A stretch of 43,177 nt of DNA from an uncultured Deferribacteres bacterium (GTDB lineage: Bacteria; Zhuqueibacterota; Zhuqueibacteria; Zhuqueibacterales; Geothermadaptataceae). Of the stretch, positions 35,740 to 43,177 are shown in pieces; the first letter of the stretch is position 1, and each line of letters opens with the position of its first letter. The notes under the pieces are model-generated. The model searched no databases. It was not told the DNA's origin and saw only the letters and a list, made by a program, of their open reading frames with translations. The DNA is taken from assembly GCA_964014485.1 (NCBI GenBank), contig CAXHAT010000049.1:1-43177 (forward strand), given 5' to 3'. The translations under genes and the position numbers were made by a program.

Positions 35740-36516
35740 ATGAGAAATCGTATTGTTTTTTTTCTGACGTTTGTCGTCGCCACTGGATGCTTCGCGCAGA
35801 AGAGCAAGGACATGTTAGAATTAAAAGCCAAAGTCATGGACGTAGGTTTGCGCTCGGACAGCCTTGGGCTCGTTGCCGTGCAAAATGAGTTGGAGCCTTT
35901 CATCAAAAACAAGAAATTCGCGGCCCTGGCGCACTACTACACCGCTTTTGCAAAATGGCAATTGAGCTTTCTCGTCACCGATCGCGACGCATTGCTCAAA
36001 CTTGGCAACGACGGGCTGGCGCACTTGGAAAAAGCCAAAACGCTCAAAAAAAACTTCGCTGACGCTTACGCATTGTCCTACTTTTGCCACTCGCCCCTAT
36101 TTCGCGTTTACAAGCAAGAACAAGACTGGGCGCGCATTGGAGAGCTGGCGCCAAAATCGGATGCAATGTATCAAAAAGCGCTCGAGTTAGAACCCAAAAA
36201 TCCGCGCGCAATGCTGGCAAACGCGATGGATCTGTTTTTTACACCGGAAAATAGGGGCGGCAGTCAACCAAAAGCCATTGCGCTTTACAAACAAGCCCTC
36301 GCTATTCTCGAAAAGCAACCGAGCAATGAAAGTATACAGCCGGATTGGGGGCTTGCCATTGGGTACGGTTGGTTAGGACAAGCTTATCTCAACTTGCAGC
36401 CTGCGGAGCTGGAAAAAGCCAAAGCCGCCTGCGAAAAATCATTGGCGGTTGCGCCCGAACTTGCGTTCGTGAAATATATGCTCTTGCCCCGCGTCGAAGC
36501 GCAATTGAAACAATAA
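35740..36516 (+). CDS. Secreted TPR-like repeat protein
   Basis: Signal peptide; helical repeats ALAHYYTAF, FADAYAL, YQKALELEPKNPRA, YGWLGQAY; RBS AAGGAG. Confidence 0.8.
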   Translation: MRNRIVFFLTFVVATGCFAQKSKDMLELKAKVMDVGLRSDSLGLVAVQNELEPFIKNKKFAALAHYYTAFAKWQLSFLVTDRDALLKLGNDGLAHLEKAKTLKKNFADAYALSYFCHSPLFRVYKQEQDWARIGELAPKSDAMYQKALELEPKNPRAMLANAMDLFFTPENRGGSQPKAIALYKQALAILEKQPSNESIQPDWGLAIGYGWLGQAYLNLQPAELEKAKAACEKSLAVAPELAFVKYMLLPRVEAQLKQ

Positions 36517-36600
36517 TGGAAACGGTTCCGGGCTGTTCAGAGAAACGCCGCTTCCGCCCTGATTTTTCTGCAGCCAGATCAACAACGAAAAGGAAAAATT

Positions 36601-37485
36601 ATGCTAAACGTTTCCATGCGAAAACGCTTACTACTTGCCGTCGTTCTGGCGTTCGGCGCACCGGTTTCAGCGCACAGCCAGTCAAACACGCAGGGCGCAG
36701 TTCCGTCGGGTTACGACAAAACAACCGTAACGCCGCATTTTGTCATTGCTTGGAACCAGGATGAGACGGCTCCTTTGGATATGGCGGCGTTTCAGGCTTT
36801 GGCGGAAACGTTGTTTGTTCGCATGAGTCAATTTTTGGGAAAAGAACGAACGCCAGCCAAAAAACTCGTTCTTATTCTGGACGGCGACGCGAGACTCCCG
36901 AATTGGCGCTACAAAACGCCGCACGTCGATGGTTCCGGACGCATTGTCGTCTATCATTATCCCGGGCGCGGCTATATCGGCGAGCTCGCGCACGAAATGG
37001 CGCACGCCTTTAGAGCGTCGTTTCGCAGAGCTTGGGACGGATTTATTGAAGAAGGCTTTGCCGAATTCGTGGCGACAATCGTGCATCCGGAAGTTGAAGG
37101 ATTTCCGCGTTACGGCTATCCGCTGACGGTTGTCGCAGGGCATTGGCTGGCCAGTGAAGCAGACATTCCTTTGGAAAAATTAAGAAATCAGCACGGCACA
37201 TTGAACTTGCGCTGTAAATTTCAATCTTATCCTCTGCGCGCAGCGTTTTTTCACTATTTGAATGAAAGATTCGGCAAAGCGGCGGTATTTCGGCTCGTCT
37301 ATTCATACGCCAACGGGCGTGATCAAATATTTCAAAAAACGTTCGGCGAAAATTTCGATCAATTGGCCGCGAAATGGCGAGAAGACCTTTTGACAAAATT
37401 CCACAGCTTCCCGGAAGCGGAAAAGCTGGCAAAAACATACCGCAAAGAAACACCGATCCAATACTGGCCGCCATGTAATGAATAG
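36601..37485 (+). CDS. Secreted gluzincin (peptidase MA-like) metalloprotease
   Basis: Signal peptide; AHEMAH followed by FIEEGFAEF. Confidence 0.75.
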   Translation: MLNVSMRKRLLLAVVLAFGAPVSAHSQSNTQGAVPSGYDKTTVTPHFVIAWNQDETAPLDMAAFQALAETLFVRMSQFLGKERTPAKKLVLILDGDARLPNWRYKTPHVDGSGRIVVYHYPGRGYIGELAHEMAHAFRASFRRAWDGFIEEGFAEFVATIVHPEVEGFPRYGYPLTVVAGHWLASEADIPLEKLRNQHGTLNLRCKFQSYPLRAAFFHYLNERFGKAAVFRLVYSYANGRDQIFQKTFGENFDQLAAKWREDLLTKFHSFPEAEKLAKTYRKETPIQYWPPCNE

Positions 37486-37527
37486 CGATACTTTTCATTT
37501 CGTCACGTCGGAACCGATTGAATAAAT

Positions 37528-38586
37528 ATGGCCGGCATAAGAAGCCAAAAGCGCGACTTTACGATTATCTCATGTTTCAGCCTGTACAGTTTTCTGTCAC
37601 AATGGATCATGTATCGCAGCCAATTCGACGTTGAATTGACTGCTGCGCTGAAAACGGCGATCCACCAAACGTTGACCCCGATTCCGCTCCTTGTCCTTGC
37701 GCTCTTCTTCGTTCGAAAACTGCCGTTCGTTAACAAAAACAGAGTTCGTTTTTTTGCCGTTCACATTATTCTCGCCGGCTTGTACAGCGTGTTTACCGAA
37801 ATCATTTATTTTAGCGTCATGGCGGCGCTGAACGGGACGGCGCAAGCAGAGCAAGCGCTTCACTACGCGCTCCAGAACTGGCTGATCGCTTCGATGTTTG
37901 ATAATTTTACCGAGTATGCGCTCATCGTCAGCGTCGGCTATCTTTTTATTTATATTGATCGTTTAAAATCGCAATCCGAAATTGAAAAATCGCTGCGAAA
38001 AGAGCTAAAAATCGCGCAATTGGACGCATTGAAAAGTCAGCTCAATCCGCATTTTTTATTCAATTCGTTGCACAACATTCACGCGCTGATTAAAGCGGAT
38101 CCCAAGAACGCCCGCAAAATCGTTCTTCTGTTGTCGGAGTATTTGCGCAAAGTACTGCAACTGCAGAATCATCATTTCATCACCATCGAAGAAGAGCTGG
38201 AGCAAGCCGAGCGTTATTTGAAAATCGAAAAAATTCGTTTTGGCGAACGGTTGGACGCCACCGTTAAGAACGAGATTGAGCGGGAATGCTACATCCCGAC
38301 ACTATTGCTGCAACCGATTATTGAAAACGCCGTCAAGCACGGCGTTTCGCAAAGCAAGAATCTCTGTCGTGTTGAAATTCGTTTGAGAGAAACAAGCGGA
38401 CGCGTGGAGATTTCTGTCTACAATGACACAATCGCCGCTTCCCCGCCAACTGGACACGCTATTGGTTTGAAAAATCTTGAGAAGCGGCTAAAAACCAATT
38501 TTCACAAAAATTATAATCTCGAGATTGATAACCAAAACGGCTTTCGCATCAAAGTCGCGTTTCCTGTTATCGAAGCGTTGGAATGA
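37528..38586 (+). CDS. LytS/YehU-type sensor histidine kinase
   Basis: N-terminal TM helices; LKSQLNPHFLFNSLHNI, YLKIEKIRFGERL, LLQPIIENAVKHG, IGLKNLEKRL. Confidence 0.93.
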   Translation: MAGIRSQKRDFTIISCFSLYSFLSQWIMYRSQFDVELTAALKTAIHQTLTPIPLLVLALFFVRKLPFVNKNRVRFFAVHIILAGLYSVFTEIIYFSVMAALNGTAQAEQALHYALQNWLIASMFDNFTEYALIVSVGYLFIYIDRLKSQSEIEKSLRKELKIAQLDALKSQLNPHFLFNSLHNIHALIKADPKNARKIVLLLSEYLRKVLQLQNHHFITIEEELEQAERYLKIEKIRFGERLDATVKNEIERECYIPTLLLQPIIENAVKHGVSQSKNLCRVEIRLRETSGRVEISVYNDTIAASPPTGHAIGLKNLEKRLKTNFHKNYNLEIDNQNGFRIKVAFPVIEALE

Positions 38587-38652
38587 AAATTCAAGCGTCG
38601 CGATCAGAACGACGTGAAAGTAAACCAAAAGAGCAACGCCCTTGTTTTGCTC

Positions 38653-38888
38653 AGAAGCTGTTTTAAAAGTCCCGCGGGGACGGTCGAAAGTAGCCCGGAA
38701 GTTCACTTCCGGGGAAGATAACGTTTTGTTTTTTGTCGAGTCCCGTCAGGGACGGTTGAAATTCTATCGCGTTTCCAGCCTCAATCGTCCCTGGCGGGAC
38801 TTGAAATCATAGGAGGCCATTAGTTCCAGGCGATAAATCGCCTGGCTATTATCAAGCATCCCTCTACGGGACTTTTAAAACAGCCTCT
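38653..38888. mobile_element. MITE-like palindromic element between kinase and response regulator
   Basis: 22-bp TIRs agaagctgttttaaaagtcccg / cgggacttttaaaacagcctct (21/22); internal hairpins cccggaagttcacttccggg, agtcccgtcagggacggttga/tcaatcgtccctggcgggact, ccaggcgataaatcgcctgg. Confidence 0.75.
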
Positions 38889-38942
38889 TAGCGCCGGACA
38901 TGAAAAAGAAGAAACCCCAAGTCCTAAACAACGACAGCCATC

Positions 38943-39683
38943 ATGATAGCTCTTCTCGTCGACGACGAACCCAATGCACGCACTCTGCTTAAAGAATATA
39001 TCGCCGACCTTGGCTATGATTTCGAGGTTCTTGAGGCGGAAAACGCTTATTCCGCGCGTGAAATTTTAGACGCTCATCCGGTTGACATTCTTTTTCTCGA
39101 TATTGGCCTCCCGGAAAAAAGCGGCATGGAGATGATCCTGGAAAAGCGTACGTCCGCACACGTTATTTTCACAACAGCGTATCAAGAATTCGCCGTGCAA
39201 GCTTTCGAAATTCACGCCGTCGATTACTTGCTAAAGCCTTTCGGAAAAGAACGTTTTAAAGACGCAGTCGAGCGCGTTTTGCAGCACGAAAAGCAGGATT
39301 TGCAAACCATCGTTCGGCAGACATTGCAGCAAATCCAAAGCACGGGAAAATATCTCGAACGAATCTCCGTGCGCAGCGGCGGCGCCCTTGCGATCATCAA
39401 AGTTGATGATATTGCCGCCATCGAAGCGTCGCTGGATTATTGCAATATCGTGAAAAACGACGGACGAACATTTTTAGACGCCCACAAAATGCACTATTTC
39501 GAGAAGTTCCTCAATCCGGCGCAATTCGTACGCATCCATCGTTCGACAATTATAAATCTGGATTATATCGCATCAGCCAAAAGGGACGGTTCCGAAAGGT
39601 TGACTGTGAAAATGCAAAACGGCAAGCGCTATACGGCCAGCCGAGCCGGTTGGAAAAAACTCAAGAATATTGGCGCGGAATAA
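38943..39683 (+). CDS. LytTR family response regulator
   Basis: LLVDDE, FLDIGLP, IFTTAY..FAVQAFE..AVDYLLKPF; LytTR FVRIHRSTIIN. Confidence 0.95.
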   Translation: MIALLVDDEPNARTLLKEYIADLGYDFEVLEAENAYSAREILDAHPVDILFLDIGLPEKSGMEMILEKRTSAHVIFTTAYQEFAVQAFEIHAVDYLLKPFGKERFKDAVERVLQHEKQDLQTIVRQTLQQIQSTGKYLERISVRSGGALAIIKVDDIAAIEASLDYCNIVKNDGRTFLDAHKMHYFEKFLNPAQFVRIHRSTIINLDYIASAKRDGSERLTVKMQNGKRYTASRAGWKKLKNIGAE

Positions 39684-39748
39684 ATTCCGGGCAATCATGA
39701 ACCAGACGGGTACAGGTGTTGTGGCAAAGCGTATCCGCCCTACTGCCT

Positions 39749-40606
39749 TCAGCGACGTTTTTCGCTATGCGCCAGGTTGGCGCCGTCGTTTTCAACCATT
39801 TTCAGAATTTGAAGCAATTCTCCCAAATCGGACACGACCATATCCGGCTGAATTTGTGAAGCTTCCAACTCGCTTGCCGAAGTTGCTCCGGAAAGCACAA
39901 GAATGCTAAAAACCCCGTTCGAAACGCCGGCCTGAATATCCGTCGACAATCTGTCGCCGATAATCGCCATTTGGGAAGGCTCGACCCCGGCCAGATTTAT
40001 CATGTAATCGACCATTTCCGTATGAGGCTTACCGATATATTTCGGCTTCACGCCTGTGGCGGCAGTGATGGCCTCGCTTATCGCGCCGCAATCGATCAAT
40101 AACTCGTCGTTTGGCATCGGACAGTTCAAATCCGGGTGAGTGGCGATAAAAGATACGCCGGATCGGATATGACGACAAGCGGCGTTCAAGCTTTCATAAG
40201 TCATTGTTTTATCAAACCCCAAAACGACATAAGCAGGGGCTGCTGAAGTCGTCTCAAAGCCGTTCTTCTCAAAATCAGCATGCAATTTTGGCGTGCCAAG
40301 CAAAAAAATGTTTCGCTCCGGCCCGCATTGTTTGAGATAACGGATCGTTGCGTCGCCGGAGGTAAAAACCTGTCCTGGCTCAAGGGGGACGCCCATTTTT
40401 CGGAGTTTTTCGAAATAATCCGCTCCGCTGACCGAACTGTTGTTTGTGGCGAAAATATACGTGCGCCGGTGGCTGCGCAGCCAGTTCAAGAATGGAATTG
40501 TGGCGGGAAAGAGCTCATCTCCGAGATAGATCGTTCCGTCCATGTCCAGGACAAAACAGCGGGTTTTTGCAAGCGTTTCTAAAACTTCAGGTGAAATATC
40601 GCGCAT
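39749..40606 (-). CDS. HAD-IIA family hydrolase (NagD-like)
   Basis: DMDGTIY, TNNS, ATHPD, IGKP, IGDRLSTDI; start placed at MRDISPE. Confidence 0.92.
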   Translation of the reverse strand: MRDISPEVLETLAKTRCFVLDMDGTIYLGDELFPATIPFLNWLRSHRRTYIFATNNSSVSGADYFEKLRKMGVPLEPGQVFTSGDATIRYLKQCGPERNIFLLGTPKLHADFEKNGFETTSAAPAYVVLGFDKTMTYESLNAACRHIRSGVSFIATHPDLNCPMPNDELLIDCGAISEAITAATGVKPKYIGKPHTEMVDYMINLAGVEPSQMAIIGDRLSTDIQAGVSNGVFSILVLSGATSASELEASQIQPDMVVSDLGELLQILKMVENDGANLAHSEKRR

Positions 40607-40865
40607 TTTATCGGCGGCTCGTGTTTGTTCATTCCCTTCAAGAATTAAGCCTGTGATCTCAGGCGATCCATACGCCAATCTATTACAAGCGAAGCTATGA
40701 GGGGAACACTAAACGACCAGAGCACAGCCAAAATCTAGCTTAAGCATGCACGCGCATAAGCAACCTTCACACACTCGGACACTATCGGCTGCGGGTTGGA
40801 GAAATGGGGGGAGAAAAAGGAGGTCTCTTCTCGCAGCGTTGCCTTGAATTCTGAACGCCTCTTTT

Positions 40866-40893
40866 GTAGAGACGCGATGCATCGCGTCTCTAC
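40866..40893. repeat. GTAG-type REP, perfect 28-bp palindrome
   Basis: gtagagacgcgatg|catcgcgtctctac, immediately downstream of the 40902 stop. Confidence 0.88.
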
Positions 40894-40901
40894 CATCGGC
40901 C

Positions 40902-42893
40902 TTATTTCATAAGAAGCAACTTTTTCTGCGCGGTGAATTGTTGACCGACTTTAATCGTGTAGAGATAAAGTCCGCTGGCAACGCGAGCGCCGGAATCGTC
41001 GCGCGCGTCCCAAGTCACGCGGTGTGCGCCGGGAGCGTAATCGCCGGAAGCCAACGTGCGCACGAGCTGCCCCGCGCTGTTGTAAATGCTCAGTGAAACA
41101 GTGCCCGCATCGATCAGATCAAACTGAATCGTCGTGGTTGGGTTGAACGGATTGGGGTAGTTTTGATGCAGGGCGAAGGCTTGCGGTAAAGTCTGATCAC
41201 TGGTGACTGAAGCCTGATCACTGGACACTGTCTTCGGCGCATCGCAGCGATCCAATGCATCACAATAATCTTCCCAAGCCTTGCAATAATCCTTGATCGC
41301 GTCGCCGAAGTAGGGGCCGTCGGGGTCATTGTATTCTTCGTCGCCGTCGGAGAGATCATTGTCGCCGTCTTCCATGTCGTCGGCCATTTTGCCGGTCGGG
41401 TTGGAATCGCAATCAAACGCTTCGTCCCGCTTTTCCGTGGCGATCAAACGAGCGAGATCGGCGAGGGTGGACGCAATCGCATCGGTGTCGGCGTGTTCCT
41501 CGCGCGCTTCTTCCAGGGCTTCAGCCGCATCGCGCATGGCGTCAAGCATGTCTTTGATTTCGCCTTCTTCGGCAAAGTCACAGGCTTCGCCAAGCGCTTC
41601 TTTGGCGTCGCCAAGAGGATCAATGGCGTCTTCGGGGGTTTGGGAATCGTCGATCAGTGCCTGAACGGCGTCGGATTGTTCACCAAGAATGTCCTTGTTG
41701 GATTTGACTGTGATGACGACTTCGTCCATATCGGTTCCGCCGTTACCATCGTCTACTGTTAATTCAAGCGTGTGCGTGCCGACACTGAGAGAAACGGTGG
41801 GGTTGACGCCGGTTGCAATCGTGGTTGCGCCTTCTTTCCAGGTATAGGTGAGCGGATCGCTGTCCGGATCGCTGGAGCCGGAACCGTCGAGTGTGACGTC
41901 AGCGGAGCCGCTCGGCCCCCAAACAACCTGATCCGGCCCGGCGTCTGCAGTCGGCGGTTGGTTGCACCCGCTCGACGAGCCCATCGCCCAAAGTACGCCG
42001 TCGATGAAAAGCTGCTGGACGTTGGCGTCGAATAGTGTAGTTAGACCAGCGTAGTTTCCAGCATGGTGAAAGCCAACAATACGACCAGCGCCAAATTCCC
42101 GCACGGCAACGGCGTCATTTCCTTGTTGATCCGTCATCAAAACCGTCGCCGGGTTTGTGGAAAATGGATGTATGTAACCTGTGTTGTAGGATGAATTAAA
42201 ACTAAAACTCGACGGCACGTTCGCGAGAATCGGGTGTCCGGCCTGTGCAGCAGTCTCTGTCACCGTTATTGTGCCTCCTGAGCCGGATACGCGATCAAAC
42301 AAAATCAGATCGCGCATCGCGGTCATCTGGCCGCGACCTACTTGATAAGCATTCCATTCGCTGCTGAGAAATCCGCCGCCGGCTTGAACGTAGGCCGCCA
42401 AAGCGTTCTGGCCTGCAACCGGCATTTCGTCCTCGAAGGTCGTTCCGTTGAGATGAATCACAGCGTCGAAAGCACAAGGCGCCGGGTTGGTTCCGTCATA
42501 GCTGTCTTCCCGGGTCGCACTCAGGGTGACGGTCATGCCGGCGCTCTCCAGGGCGGACTTCAAAGCCTGTGTACCGTCGGTGATGATGTCCCAAATGATG
42601 AGAACGCTGGTTGCGGATTGCAGCGCTTGTCCGCCGGAGCGGCTTTTGGCGAGCTGCACGGCGTTGCTGCCGGATTGCGCGCTTTGGGTTTTGGCAAGTT
42701 CGGCGGCAAGCTGTCTCTCAGCCGCGGTCATTTCCCTGGGATGGACGTCATTGTCCTGGGCCGCCGCCTGAATCCGGGGCGCCGGAGCGGCTGGGTTGGT
42801 TTTGCCGGATTGGGCCAAGCCTGTCGCCAGGCCAAAAGCGAGCGTGAAGCTCAGGAAAGTCATGAGCGTTTTCACAGGTTTACAAATAGACAT
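40902..42893 (-). CDS. Secreted multidomain protein: GATase1/ThuA-like domain + PKD + acidic helical domain + FlgD-Ig/T9SS-type C-terminal domain
   Basis: Signal peptide; GQNALAAYVQAGGGF, HPILANVP, FGAGRIV; NQPPTADAGPDQ..LDGSGSSDPD..LTVDDG; FALHQNYPNPFNPTT..SGLYLY; start at MSICK with RBS GAAGGAG. Confidence 0.82.
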   Translation of the reverse strand: MSICKPVKTLMTFLSFTLAFGLATGLAQSGKTNPAAPAPRIQAAAQDNDVHPREMTAAERQLAAELAKTQSAQSGSNAVQLAKSRSGGQALQSATSVLIIWDIITDGTQALKSALESAGMTVTLSATREDSYDGTNPAPCAFDAVIHLNGTTFEDEMPVAGQNALAAYVQAGGGFLSSEWNAYQVGRGQMTAMRDLILFDRVSGSGGTITVTETAAQAGHPILANVPSSFSFNSSYNTGYIHPFSTNPATVLMTDQQGNDAVAVREFGAGRIVGFHHAGNYAGLTTLFDANVQQLFIDGVLWAMGSSSGCNQPPTADAGPDQVVWGPSGSADVTLDGSGSSDPDSDPLTYTWKEGATTIATGVNPTVSLSVGTHTLELTVDDGNGGTDMDEVVITVKSNKDILGEQSDAVQALIDDSQTPEDAIDPLGDAKEALGEACDFAEEGEIKDMLDAMRDAAEALEEAREEHADTDAIASTLADLARLIATEKRDEAFDCDSNPTGKMADDMEDGDNDLSDGDEEYNDPDGPYFGDAIKDYCKAWEDYCDALDRCDAPKTVSSDQASVTSDQTLPQAFALHQNYPNPFNPTTTIQFDLIDAGTVSLSIYNSAGQLVRTLASGDYAPGAHRVTWDARDDSGARVASGLYLYTIKVGQQFTAQKKLLLMK

Positions 42894-43017
42894 GTTATAC
42901 TCCTTCAATTAGGTCGAGACGGTTTTATGAATTTTAAAAATCAGCAAAAATTGCGGTCATCGGCCAAGCCAAACTCAAGGCGGGATCAATTGCTCTTTTC
43001 CGTTCATGATTCTTTAT

Positions 43018-43077
43018 GGTGAATGGTGAATCGTAAATTCACGATATTTGCCGTTTATTCACGATTCACGATTTACG
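43018..43077. repeat. Head-to-head degenerate 7-bp repeat array
   Basis: ggtgaat ggtgaat cgtaaat, then inverted attcacg ... attcacg attcacg atttacg. Confidence 0.7.
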
Positions 43078-43085
43078 CTTGCCGC

Positions 43086-43177
43086 CTACTTCATCAGCAA
43101 GAGCTTCTTCTGCGCGGTGAACTGCTGGCCGACTTTGATCGTGTAGAGATAAAGTCCGCTGGCCACGCGAGCGCCGG
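43086..43177 (-). CDS. 3' end of another secreted protein with FlgD-Ig/T9SS-type C-terminal domain (partial)
   Basis: Hand translation ...GARVASGLYLYTIKVGQQFTAQKKLLLMK*, identical to the C-terminus of 40902-42893. Confidence 0.88.
   Translation of the reverse strand, partial: GARVASGLYLYTIKVGQQFTAQKKLLLMK

Noticed and set aside
35398..35743. ORFs 35398-35670 and 35459-35743
   Set aside because: They read through a REP element, a typical source of spurious ORFs
40902..43177. Diversity-generating retroelement TR/VR pair
   Set aside because: Differences between the two copies are synonymous, both copies are coding, and no reverse transcriptase is present

Overview
Bacterial genomic window, probably from an FCB-group lineage such as KSB1/Calditrichota-like bacteria (inferred from the FlgD-Ig/'QNYPNPFNP' C-terminal sorting domains, not proven). 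It has three blocks. (1) 121-7631 (minus strand): an alginate oligosaccharide utilisation operon with a FadR/GntR regulator, PL17 oligo-alginate lyase, SDR (probable DEH reductase), KdgF cupin and a TRAP transporter. (2) 8066-34449 (plus strand, divergent from block 1): an apparently complete extracellular contractile injection system (eCIS; Afp/PVC/AlgoCIS-like). It has cap, one sheath, three tube-family genes, a 55-aa plug-like gene missed by the ORF track, LysM/tube initiator, VgrG-like spike, gp25, spike tip, baseplates, tail fibre, tape measure and AAA+ ATPase. Unusual parts are an embedded HtrA protease, a tail fibre with an ILEI/GG-lectin-like domain, an Ig-repeat accessory protein, and a DUF4157 (HExxH)-HNH nuclease candidate effector with an AT-rich novel C-terminus and no evident immunity gene. 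Candidate FadR operators lie upstream of the lyase, upstream of the regulator and in the shared intergenic region facing the eCIS. (3) 34720-43177: a collapsed hybrid two-component pseudogene, a TPR protein, a gluzincin peptidase, a LytS/LytTR pair, a HAD-IIA phosphatase and two paralogous secreted proteins. Intergenic DNA is rich in REP/MITE-like palindromes and head-to-head 7-8-mer repeat arrays. All family calls come from motif recognition, without database searches.
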